Under the pieces are notes generated by a model that worked only from the letters and a program-made list of their open reading frames with translations, was not told the origin of the DNA and ran no database searches. Positions 1 to 9,120 of a stretch of DNA of 64,000 nucleotides are shown piece after piece. Each line of letters opens with the position of its first letter. Within the stretch, counting starts at the first letter, position 1. The position numbers were made by a program, and so were the translations under genes. Source of the stretch: a virus; the IMG/VR virus record IMGVR_UViG_3300023184_000034, positions 1 through 64,000 of that record; one strand, written 5' to 3'.

Positions 1-1
1 C

Positions 2-3000
2 CACAATGTAATAAGTTGAGTTGCCTGTGAATGCAATGTTTGCGCCTGGAACTGGGATGTTGGTCATGCCGCTGAGGTTGATAAAGAAACCCAGTGCTTG
101 GAAATCTGCAAAACCGTTACCAGTAACTGTCACAGTGGCTTCGTTGTAATTGGTACCTCTGCTGGTCCAAGTGGGCTGGCCCAACACACCAGTGGGTTGT
201 ACACGCACAGTGGTAGTGGCTGCAGTGGTTGAATTAGGATCAGTGATAGTTATGCTTGGAGCACTGCTGTAGCCCGATCCAGGATTGATAATTCTAATGG
301 CTGAAATTTGATTGGTGGCCACAACAGCACGAGCAAATGCGCCAGTGCCTGATCCACTGAATGTGATGCGTGGTTCAATAACATAGCGTGTGCTGCCGTC
401 CAACACTGTTTGCACAACAGTACCACTCACAGCCACGTCCCACATTGCCACAAATATTGTCATTGCGCCAGAACCTGCTGTGAGCACAATAGGTGTTCCG
501 CCTGCGGCAGTGGCCACTGAGAATGTGGTTGCTGTAAAGTTATTGGCCACCACATAAAACACAGTATTATTTGTTATTGATCCGCCAGCAAACGATGTGC
601 CAGTAAACACAACTGGTGTGCCTGCTGGGATATTTGCTGTACTGGTAACATTGAACACAGTGGTTGAACAAGTGCTTGTGACAATTCCTGCAACAGATTC
701 TTTCAACACAATTACCTGTTTTGTACTGGCGTTGTAATAATTGATAAATCCGTATTGGCCAGAGCCCGTACCAGCCTGCAACACAATACGCATGCCCACA
801 TATGCACTGTTGGCTGCTGAATCAGCTGCTGACAATATAATAGTGCTGGCAGTGCCATTCTGAGCCACGTTGGTGGCTGTTAGGTAATTGGCTCCACCTG
901 TTATGATACGCACTTCAGTCACAGCATTGGTAAAATAGTTGGCTGCACTAACTGCTGCGCCACCGCCGCTACCACTGGTAATGTTGAAAGATGCTGAACT
1001 GTAGGCCTGTCCAGCATTTGAATATTCCAACCAAAGAATTTGGCCACCGCCTGTCAACACAAACGTGACCTGTGCCTGCTGAGTTTGTGTGTTGACTGTG
1101 GCCGTGATTGGCACTTCAATTGGGCTAGTGCCTTCTGCCACACAGCCGTAGACACCATAAGAACTGTTGCCGTTGGTGGCACGAATTGCACCGCCGTATT
1201 CGCTCAAGTATCCTGCATAGGCATAATACGAGAACACTGACACAGCTTCGCACTTGGCCAGCTGCGTGGCCCAAACTGCAATTCCATCTGATAAAATATT
1301 AGTAAAGTCGTTCAGTGTTATGGATTTGTTGCCGCCGGCATGCAAGCTGCCGTCAATCTTGCAACCAACACAACCAGTTCCAAACAGTGATACGTTTTGC
1401 ACATATGGGCTCTTTGAATAAATCCACACTGTGTCGTCGTCTGGGCCATTGCCTGGATCTAAGCTGAAATATGCGCCTGCTGTGGGTCGGGCTGTGCCGT
1501 AACTGTTTGCAGTGCCAATTTTGCCAAACAAACCAGTAACACTCATATTTCTAGCACCAGTACCGTTGCGCATGTAGAACATGTCACTGACTGTGTATCC
1601 TGCCACCACTGCACCACTCACTGTGCCGGTGGTTGCTATGTTCAGTGTTAACACATTGCCTGATTTGGCAATGACAAACGCACCATCTGGAATATATGCA
1701 TTGCCAGAAATGCCCATACCAACTACAACATTGGTAGCATTGGACAATGTTAAACTGGTTCCTGAACTTGTGGTTGCTGTCACACTGAATGTTAGTGGCT
1801 GAATAATTGTTGCTCTAAGTTCGTCACCTATCAGTGCTGTGAATGCTGGAACACTGATTGGCAATATTTCAGAGTATGTGCCTGTTTTGATAAAGATGGA
1901 AGTTGTGGGATTTATTGGAGCTGGAATAGCATTGGTTGTGCCAGCGTTTAATCCGCTGGTCACAATTGCAAACAATGTGGTGGCCCTGGTATTCATGCCC
2001 GCTTCAGCGGTGTAGCTGCCGCTGGTGAACTGACTGATTGAAGCAGCAGCACCATTCAATGTCTGGTAGTTGCTGGCTGGAGCAGTCTGGCCCAACACAT
2101 TTGTGGACGTCAATGTGCTTGCATATGTTAATGCTGACACAAAGTAAGGTAACAAATATTGAGTCACGGTTGTTGTGTAAGTTGTTGCTGTGGCATAATA
2201 TGCTCTTGCCACCAGTGTGGTGGACAAGTTTCCGCCACGGCCTATGTCAAATATTACAGCGTTTAAAATTTCTCCAACATCTCTTTTGGCTTTGAATCCG
2301 TTGTATGCAAGCACACCCACCACAGTGCCCGAACCAGCTGCGGTAATTGCTGTGCCGGCAAATGTGTTTGACACAGTAAAACTGGTATTTGTTGTGATAG
2401 TTTTAACGTAGTAAGTACGACCCTGGTTGGCTGTTGCAGTGCCAGTTGCTGCTGACAATGTTGATATCACAGGGCCGCCGTTGGTTGTGCTGACTTGAAA
2501 CAGCGTGGTTGATAATATTTGAGTTGTGTAATAAGTTGTTGAACTGTTCAACCCACCAAACGCACTTGTCACAGTGAAGCTGCTGCCTGCCTTCAAGTTG
2601 CTGGTAGTTGTGGCTTGCAACATGGCCTGCACTGACGCACTGCAAGGCTGATTTCCAATGCCCACTGTGTATGGCGTTCCGTTCACATTCAACGAAATAG
2701 TCAAACTTGTGCCGCTGGCTGCTTGTACATAATAAGTTGCACCTGCATCCACTGTGCCAAAACTTGCACTAAACACAACGGGTTGATTGACACTGACATC
2801 AGTCATATTTGCACTGACTGTGATTGTGGTTCCAGCGGAACTCAACACAGACAATGTTTGTGCAAGATAAGTTTGTGTGATAGTTGCAGCTGCAGTGGTC
2901 AAAGCCGCCGCTGCCAGCGTTAATGTGTTATTAGTGGTGATAGCCATTGTGCCAGAAGCTGGAGTAACGTTGGTCAAAACTGCGCCGCCGCTGCTGGCAC

Positions 3001-5413
3001 TGAATGTAACAAATGTTCCGCTAATTATGTTTGAAACAAAATAGTTAGTGGCCAATGACAAATTACCAAATGTTGTGCCAGTAACTTGGAACGGTACGTT
3101 TTGTGTAAATCCAACTGTGCTGTCAACTACAAATGTTCCCTGCACAGCTGCTGTTCCGCTGCCGCCGCCACCCACAGTATACACTGTGCCGCTGGGGGTC
3201 AAAGTTATAGTGAACTGAGTACCGGACACTGATTGAATATAGTACACAGTGCCTGAACTCACATTGCCAAATCCTGCAGTGAATGTCACTGGTTGATTAA
3301 CAACTACACCAGAGATATTTGAGCTAACTGTTAGCAATGTGCCTGAACTACTGATAACTGATAAGTTTTGACTTGCATATGCCTGAGTGATGTTTGTTAG
3401 GTATCCGCCAAATGTGTTAAACACAATGGGCATGTTGACCGCTAGGCCAGCTGTGCTGGTTGTGGTAAAAGCGCCGCCTGCAGTGGTGCCGGTAACACTG
3501 ACTTTGTTAGTGTAAGCTAGGTAGTTGTTGGCTTCTGCACCTACCCATGCCTTATTTTGATTAATCAAGTACTGCGCATTTGGATTAGCAGGACCCTGTG
3601 CCACACGAGCACAAGCATACGCAACAGTTTTCCAAGGCTTATCCAAAGTAATGCCATAGTCTGTTGCATCTGTGCCGCTGGGTGCAACATAATAAACATT
3701 GGCAACTTGTCCAAAATAGTTCCAAGTTGGAACAGATCCAGTAACACGAAATATTTGGCCGTCTTCGCCAATTGGCAGTCGTGCATTTCCGCCTGCGCTG
3801 TAATAAACAGTGTCGCCCAGCGTGGTAAGCACGTTGGCCGCACTGCCGAGAGCCAATGTGTTCCAATAAGTTCCTGCGGTATCCACATCTGGTCGGTTGT
3901 TGCCAGATGTTGCTGGTCCGGTTGGGCTAGAATAACCCGATGTGTGCGCTGTGACACAGATGTAACTGTTTGGACCATAAACAACTGAATCGCCCAATCT
4001 ATAAGTTGATGTGGCAGTTAATGTGACTTGTCCAGCACCAGCTGCGCCAACTGTTTGACTGTTGTTGACTGTGTATACACCCACGCCACCTGTGGTTCCA
4101 CTGGTTTGTCCTGTGATCACAGTGTTTGCTGATGTTGTGGATCCAGTTACCACTATGCCAGGACGCAAGTATGTTGTGCCCACCACACTCACAGTCATAT
4201 TGGTTGTGACAATGTTAGCTGTGAAGGTGCCGCCTGCGGTCCATAAGCCTTGCCAAGACACGCCGGTGTTCAGCAAGGACCAATATGTTGGATTGCTTGC
4301 TGGGTTGAAACCAGTGCCGTCTAAAATAGAAACATAAACATATGCGCCGTAAGTAACAACTGCACCAACTTTGTAAGCTACTGCCAAATTCCAGTTGCCT
4401 TGAACGCTGAATCCTGTGGTTACCAAACTCCAATAGCTGGGACTAATACTGGGTGTTTGATTCAGGTTGTTGGTGATCAACGATGTATAAACATATCCAC
4501 CGTATGTCACTACGGCGCCAAGTGCGTAACTGGTTGCACTGGAATAGGTATTCATAAATTCCAAACCTGCCACAAACAAACTCCACTTGGTCAAATCAAT
4601 GGTGTTTGTGACTGAAGTGTATGCTGTTGTGCAAATATAAGCATCGGGCCCGTATTTCACAATATCATTTACTTTGTAAGTATACCCATTACTGTAAACG
4701 CCCAACCATGCAAATCCTGGAATGAATGTGGCCCAATTGGCTTGATTCACTTCAAGGGTTGTACTACTGGTATGCCCAGTGACACAAATATAACTTGTGC
4801 CACCGTAATTAACAATATCGCCAATTTTATAATATGTAGTGGATGTCCATGCGCCAATCCATGTCTGGCCGTCTACAAACAATTGCCACTGAGTGGCTGC
4901 TAAGTCGCTGTAAAATCCGCTGTTGGGTGTAGAACTGCTGATGTGACCGTTTACGCAGATGAACTCCTTGGCGCCAAATTTTACAACATCACCCAAGTTA
5001 TAGTAGGTGGTTGTGGTCCAGGTAGTTTTCCAAGAGATACCATCCACCATCAATTGCCATTTGCTGGCAGTTAGGTCAGTGTAAAATCCCTGATTGACTG
5101 GACTGATTGTTGTGGGCGCATGGCCTATCAAACAGATATAATCTTTGCCGCTAACTTGTACAATGTCGTTGATTTTGTAAAACGCTGTTGCATTTGACCA
5201 TGCGCCTTTCCAAGACACACCGTCAGACATCTGTGACCATTTCACAGTTGCATTGTTGAGATCTGTATAGAATACTGCATTGGCAGTATGCCCAACCAAG
5301 CAGACATACGTCTTGCCGCCGTAGGCAACTATGTCATCTTTGACATAGTTAGTGGCTGAGACCCAAGGGCCTTGCCATACAAATCGTAATCTTCCTAGTT
5401 TAAATTCAGCCAT
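2..5413 (-). CDS. Large virion/tail-spike-like protein (partial, >1800 aa, runs off left edge): N-terminal CBM5/12-like repeats plus pectin-lyase-like beta-helix region
   Basis: Not in the ORF track because there is no stop in the window. ATG at 5411-5413 gives MAEFKLGRLRFVWQGPWVSATNYVKDDIVAYGGKTYVC..., with repeated W-x(4-5)-Y-x2-(G/N/D)D-(I/V)V-x-(Y/F)G-x3-Y-x-C-x2-(G/A)H units. It continues to VYYVAPSGTDATDYGITLDKPWKTVAYAC, later SIFIKTGTYSEILPISVPAFTALIGDELRATII and SPYVQNVSLFGTGCVGCKIDG. The frame is still consistent at the window edge (...GNSTYYIV). Confidence 0.85.
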   Translation of the reverse strand, partial: MAEFKLGRLRFVWQGPWVSATNYVKDDIVAYGGKTYVCLVGHTANAVFYTDLNNATVKWSQMSDGVSWKGAWSNATAFYKINDIVQVSGKDYICLIGHAPTTISPVNQGFYTDLTASKWQLMVDGISWKTTWTTTTYYNLGDVVKFGAKEFICVNGHISSSTPNSGFYSDLAATQWQLFVDGQTWIGAWTSTTYYKIGDIVNYGGTSYICVTGHTSSTTLEVNQANWATFIPGFAWLGVYSNGYTYKVNDIVKYGPDAYICTTAYTSVTNTIDLTKWSLFVAGLEFMNTYSSATSYALGAVVTYGGYVYTSLITNNLNQTPSISPSYWSLVTTGFSVQGNWNLAVAYKVGAVVTYGAYVYVSILDGTGFNPASNPTYWSLLNTGVSWQGLWTAGGTFTANIVTTNMTVSVVGTTYLRPGIVVTGSTTSANTVITGQTSGTTGGVGVYTVNNSQTVGAAGAGQVTLTATSTYRLGDSVVYGPNSYICVTAHTSGYSSPTGPATSGNNRPDVDTAGTYWNTLALGSAANVLTTLGDTVYYSAGGNARLPIGEDGQIFRVTGSVPTWNYFGQVANVYYVAPSGTDATDYGITLDKPWKTVAYACARVAQGPANPNAQYLINQNKAWVGAEANNYLAYTNKVSVTGTTAGGAFTTTSTAGLAVNMPIVFNTFGGYLTNITQAYASQNLSVISSSGTLLTVSSNISGVVVNQPVTFTAGFGNVSSGTVYYIQSVSGTQFTITLTPSGTVYTVGGGGSGTAAVQGTFVVDSTVGFTQNVPFQVTGTTFGNLSLATNYFVSNIISGTFVTFSASSGGAVLTNVTPASGTMAITTNNTLTLAAAALTTAAATITQTYLAQTLSVLSSAGTTITVSANMTDVSVNQPVVFSASFGTVDAGATYYVQAASGTSLTISLNVNGTPYTVGIGNQPCSASVQAMLQATTTSNLKAGSSFTVTSAFGGLNSSTTYYTTQILSTTLFQVSTTNGGPVISTLSAATGTATANQGRTYYVKTITTNTSFTVSNTFAGTAITAAGSGTVVGVLAYNGFKAKRDVGEILNAVIFDIGRGGNLSTTLVARAYYATATTYTTTVTQYLLPYFVSALTYASTLTSTNVLGQTAPASNYQTLNGAAASISQFTSGSYTAEAGMNTRATTLFAIVTSGLNAGTTNAIPAPINPTTSIFIKTGTYSEILPISVPAFTALIGDELRATIIQPLTFSVTATTSSGTSLTLSNATNVVVGMGISGNAYIPDGAFVIAKSGNVLTLNIATTGTVSGAVVAGYTVSDMFYMRNGTGARNMSVTGLFGKIGTANSYGTARPTAGAYFSLDPGNGPDDDTVWIYSKSPYVQNVSLFGTGCVGCKIDGSLHAGGNKSITLNDFTNILSDGIAVWATQLAKCEAVSVFSYYAYAGYLSEYGGAIRATNGNSSYGVYGCVAEGTSPIEVPITATVNTQTQQAQVTFVLTGGGQILWLEYSNAGQAYSSASFNITSGSGGGAAVSAANYFTNAVTEVRIITGGANYLTATNVAQNGTASTIILSAADSAANSAYVGMRIVLQAGTGSGQYGFINYYNASTKQVIVLKESVAGIVTSTCSTTVFNVTSTANIPAGTPVVFTGTSFAGGSITNNTVFYVVANNFTATTFSVATAAGGTPIVLTAGSGAMTIFVAMWDVAVSGTVVQTVLDGSTRYVIEPRITFSGSGTGAFARAVVATNQISAIRIINPGSGYSSAPSITITDPNSTTAATTTVRVQPTGVLGQPTWTSRGTNYNEATVTVTGNGFADFQALGFFINLSGMTNIPVPGANIAFTGNSTYYIV

Positions 5414-5451
5414 GTTATCATACCTTTATCATTGCGTATTATTGGATAAGT

Positions 5452-5459
5452 TATTTATC
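5452..5459 (-). promoter_or_regulatory. T4-late-like promoter (GATAAATA)
   Basis: TAAATA core about 40 nt upstream of the ATG at 5413; the same motif recurs before many structural genes. Confidence 0.55.
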
Positions 5460-5823
5460 AAACGTTATCGGACCCAGTATACGCATAACTTTGTCCTATC
5501 CTTGCTACTAATTCACCGTTGTCATTCATGTAATAATATACACTCTTGTCATCCCATCTCAGTTGTTCATATTTTAAATTAGGGTAAACCAAATTGTGAA
5601 ACACATCTCTACCTTCAAAAAAATCATTGCCCACAGAAAAATCAACATAATCGTCAGCGCCTGGACCTGGAGCATTGATTTGAATACTGTCACTGTTGTC
5701 AACTATCATGTCAGTTCTAACCAAATACAGTGTGCCTTCATCTGTTCTGCGAAGTGCATAGAAATATCTAGGATTATTTCCTAAGATATCCGATGCTGGA
5801 GAATTTGATCCTACATATGCCAT
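5458..5823 (-). CDS. Hypothetical phage protein (121 aa), probably structural-module associated
   Basis: ORF tightly packed in the co-oriented structural cluster; AGGA SD upstream. Confidence 0.8.
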   Translation of the reverse strand: MAYVGSNSPASDILGNNPRYFYALRRTDEGTLYLVRTDMIVDNSDSIQINAPGPGADDYVDFSVGNDFFEGRDVFHNLVYPNLKYEQLRWDDKSVYYYMNDNGELVARIGQSYAYTGSDNV

Positions 5824-5834
5824 GATATTATCCT

Positions 5835-6692
5835 TTAACTGATCTCAACCCAACTCACCACTGCATCCAAACTTTGTGCCACATTGGATGTGACAAACAC
5901 ATTGGTTGCTGGAGTTAAAATTAACTTTTCGCCACCTGTGACCACTCGCAAACTTTGATAGCCTGGAACTGGTATGTTACTGATATAGTATGCACTGGTT
6001 GTGGTCAAGGTGTCTTGTAATTGAATTGTTGCCAACACTGTTTCTGGTGTGGTGTTGGTCAAACTCAATCCAATGATTGTGGTGGTTGCACTGGGGTTAC
6101 TGTAAATCAAATTGTTTTTGACTGTGCCAGACAGCACAGTAACAGAACTGGAAATGGTAAATGTCAAATTATTAGTGCCGTTTGCACCGCCCAGACTTGC
6201 ACCAGATATGGTAACAGTGTCTCCAACAGCATAACCAGTGCCAACACTGGCCACTGTGACAGTGATAAATCCAGAGTAACTGGTTCCTGCGCCAATTTTT
6301 GTAACATTGAATGTTGCACCTGTTCCCGCTCCGCTGGTAGATGCTGAACTAACTGCGGAATAAGTTGCAGCTGCTGACACACTGGTTCCGCTAACACTGG
6401 TGTAAGTGGTTGCGCTGTTCAATGCGCCTTTGATAGCTGTGGTCAGTGCATTTACCACACTCACACTGACAGTGCTGGAGTTTGTAACTGTGTATCCGCC
6501 GTTGTATCCACTCACTGACAATCCGTTCACATAAATGGTTGTTCCTACGGTGTATGGATTAGTTGCTTGAGCGGCAAACCCAAATGTGGTATAGCCAGCA
6601 GACGGGCTATTACTGGTCACTGACGTGATATTTAATGTAGTAGTTGTGCCTGCTATTTGTGTTGCAAGAACGTTTTTAAAAACTGTTGGCAT
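5835..6692 (-). CDS. Virion structural protein (285 aa): small beta-sandwich-type family with T/G-rich inserted modules
   Basis: C-terminus (TTIIGLSLTNTT...IPVPGYQSLRVVTGGEKLILTP) resembles the 119-aa ORF at 13250-13609; T/S/G-rich. Confidence 0.75.
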   Translation of the reverse strand: MPTVFKNVLATQIAGTTTTLNITSVTSNSPSAGYTTFGFAAQATNPYTVGTTIYVNGLSVSGYNGGYTVTNSSTVSVSVVNALTTAIKGALNSATTYTSVSGTSVSAAATYSAVSSASTSGAGTGATFNVTKIGAGTSYSGFITVTVASVGTGYAVGDTVTISGASLGGANGTNNLTFTISSSVTVLSGTVKNNLIYSNPSATTTIIGLSLTNTTPETVLATIQLQDTLTTTSAYYISNIPVPGYQSLRVVTGGEKLILTPATNVFVTSNVAQSLDAVVSWVEIS

Positions 6693-6695
6693 CTT

Positions 6696-8999
6696 TTATC
6701 CTAATGATAACACTATTCCCAGTGCAATATCTGTGGCTTGAATATTTGTTATACCGCCTGCGTTGCCCACCACGCTGGACCAAGCAGCACCATTGAAAAC
6801 TTCCACAGACAATGAATCTGTATTTAAACGAATCATACCAGTTTCAGCATATATGTTGCCGGGTCTATCAGTATTGCCGTTACCAAACGGAATTCCAACT
6901 CCGTATGTGCCGCCAAACTTGTAATAGCCGGCGCCGCTTGCTGCCAACACAGTGACTGCTTGACTGACTCTGTTGGTCACTGTGTTGTTGTTAAATGCCA
7001 AATTACCAATAACTATGGATCCAGTGCCGTTTGGCACTAAATTCATGTCTGTGTTGGCTGTGTAAGTGCTGATGGTGTTGCCAGTGATATCAATATTGGC
7101 TGTTTTGAAATCAGTTGTGTACAAGCCACTGCTGTTGATATATGCAGTATTCACATTGTTGGCATAAAAACTTATGACATTGTTGTTGGCGCCTGGAGAA
7201 CTTTCCGGAGTTATGTAAGTTCTTCCATCCAAACTTTGTACACCACCCAGATTGGTCCAATAACCGTTGGCATATCCTTCGTAACGATTTTTAGTGGTGT
7301 TGTAACGGATCATGCCGTTGGTTGGGCTTGCTGGTTGTTGACCTGTGGTTCCCACTGGCACTATGAAACTTTGTGTGTTATTGATAACAACGTTGCCAGT
7401 ACCTTGTGGTGTTAGTACAATGTTGGCATTGGTGTTGATACTGCCGATAACATTGTTGTTAATACTTAAATTTTGTACATTTACACTGCCAACGCCGTTG
7501 GCTGTCAAGTTCAGATTTCCGTTGGTGTCTGTGGTAGTGACTGTATTACCACTGATTTGCACATTACCAACTGTAAATGCACTGTTTGCGGTTAAATTTC
7601 CACTAACATATAATGTTCCGCTAGTGGTAAAATTGCCAGTTTGATTAAATGTACCAGTTTGAGTCACATTTCCAGTGATACCTACTCCAGCCAATGTGCT
7701 GGTTCCAGTAACTGTGAGTGTGCCGCCCACGGTGGCATTTCCATTCAATGTTGCATTACTGGTAATTTCAACCTGTTGCCCAGCATATGGTGTTAATATC
7801 AAATTGGTGGCAGTTGTGGTGCCAGTAATTGTGCTGTTGGCAATGGTGACATTTGGTAATGTTAAAGTGCCTGTGCTGTTAATTGCACCTGAATTAATTG
7901 TACCAGTGGTGCTGAAATTGCCACTTGATTGTGTAAAATTGCCTGTTTGTGTCAGCGTGCCAGTGATACCTACTCCAGCCAATGTGCTGGTTCCAGTAAC
8001 TGTGAGTGTGCCGCCAATTGAAACGTTATTAGTTACACTTAGGTTACTTGTTGGAATATAGACAGTGCCGGTGCCGTTTGCACTTAATTGCAAATTTGAA
8101 TTTGTTCCTGTTGCTGTGATACTGTTGCTGGTAATTTGCATGCCAGCTGTGTTGATTGTGCTGATGTATGCATTGTTCCAATACAGCGGCCCCAAAGACG
8201 AACCTAAATTATATGTGTTATTTGCACTTGGGATAAGATTGCTATTGATTCTAGCTGTAACAGTGAGTGTATTAGAACTAGTGGCACCAATAGTGGTATT
8301 TCCACTAAGGACAGTTGCATTAGAAACTGACACTGTACCGGTTGCTGTGAAATTAGTGGTACTAACAGTGGTCACTGTAACACTATTTGTGTACACAGTG
8401 GACCAAGTAAGAAGACTTGAACCTAAATTATATGTGTTGTTTATTTTAGGAATTATATCGCTGTTGATTTCTGCTGAAAAACTAACAGTGTCTTGTGTTA
8501 AGTTATCACCCAGTGTGATATTACCATCTGCTGTGATATTGCCAGTGGCATGTAAATTTCCAGTAACTGTGACCAACACACTGCCGCTGCTGTTGCCTAA
8601 ATTAATTTCACCTGTACCGTTTGCGGTAATATTAATAGCACCGTTGCTGTTGGTTGTGCTGATAGTGTTGCCGGTTAATTGCAAGTTTCCAATCAACGCT
8701 CTTGCATTGTAAATTGTGTTGCCTGCGCCACTGGGCAAGAAATTAATTGTGTTACTGGAGCTGGCAATATTATTGCCGCTGATAGTAAAGGTAGCTAAAT
8801 TGGCTTGGGTAGTTGCTGTTAAATTGGTAGTACGGGTTGTGCCATTGACATCTAGATCGTAAGCTGGTGATGATGTTTTAATACCAATGCGGCTATTATT
8901 AACATCTAGATAAAGTAAGTTCGTCTCAAAAGCTAAATTTACCCCGTTACGAAGCAAATTGTCTTTTAAGAGCGGACCCGAAATTCGACCAACAGCCAT
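6696..8999 (-). CDS. Tail-fibre-like structural protein (767 aa), paralogue of 9121-12195
   Basis: N-terminus GRISGPLLKDNLLRNGVNLAFET is shared with the next gene; repeated I.GN.I.T..TN..L.L.ANG.G.V units; VPVGTTGQQP...GMIRYN motif. Confidence 0.8.
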   Translation of the reverse strand: MAVGRISGPLLKDNLLRNGVNLAFETNLLYLDVNNSRIGIKTSSPAYDLDVNGTTRTTNLTATTQANLATFTISGNNIASSSNTINFLPSGAGNTIYNARALIGNLQLTGNTISTTNSNGAINITANGTGEINLGNSSGSVLVTVTGNLHATGNITADGNITLGDNLTQDTVSFSAEINSDIIPKINNTYNLGSSLLTWSTVYTNSVTVTTVSTTNFTATGTVSVSNATVLSGNTTIGATSSNTLTVTARINSNLIPSANNTYNLGSSLGPLYWNNAYISTINTAGMQITSNSITATGTNSNLQLSANGTGTVYIPTSNLSVTNNVSIGGTLTVTGTSTLAGVGITGTLTQTGNFTQSSGNFSTTGTINSGAINSTGTLTLPNVTIANSTITGTTTATNLILTPYAGQQVEITSNATLNGNATVGGTLTVTGTSTLAGVGITGNVTQTGTFNQTGNFTTSGTLYVSGNLTANSAFTVGNVQISGNTVTTTDTNGNLNLTANGVGSVNVQNLSINNNVIGSINTNANIVLTPQGTGNVVINNTQSFIVPVGTTGQQPASPTNGMIRYNTTKNRYEGYANGYWTNLGGVQSLDGRTYITPESSPGANNNVISFYANNVNTAYINSSGLYTTDFKTANIDITGNTISTYTANTDMNLVPNGTGSIVIGNLAFNNNTVTNRVSQAVTVLAASGAGYYKFGGTYGVGIPFGNGNTDRPGNIYAETGMIRLNTDSLSVEVFNGAAWSSVVGNAGGITNIQATDIALGIVLSLG
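7672..8015. repeat. Perfect 56-nt direct repeat inside the fibre gene (7672-7727 and 7960-8015)
   Basis: ccagtgatacctactccagccaatgtgctggttccagtaactgtgagtgtgccgcc occurs twice, 288 nt apart; encodes GGTLTVTGTSTLAGVGITG twice. Confidence 0.9.
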
Positions 9000-9108
9000 T
9001 TACGCTCCCGTATACCCCGTGTTTCACGGTTAACCACCTTGCATTGCGGGTTTACCACAGTTGAATATCGTAAAAACTTGGTCAGTTTTTACAGTAAAAG
9101 TATTTATC
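9000..9108 (-). promoter_or_regulatory. Late promoter GATAAATA (9101-9108) plus structured ~100-nt leader of the 6696-8999 gene
   Basis: Inverted repeats at 9070-9092, 9045-9059 and 9017-9029; GGGAG SD before the ATG at 8999. Confidence 0.6.
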
Positions 9109-9120
9109 GGTTTTTTGGTT

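Noticed and set aside
1040-4615. Short ORF-track entries over 1-5.4 kb on both strands
   Set aside because: They are antisense or off-frame shadows of the long minus-strand gene starting at 5413
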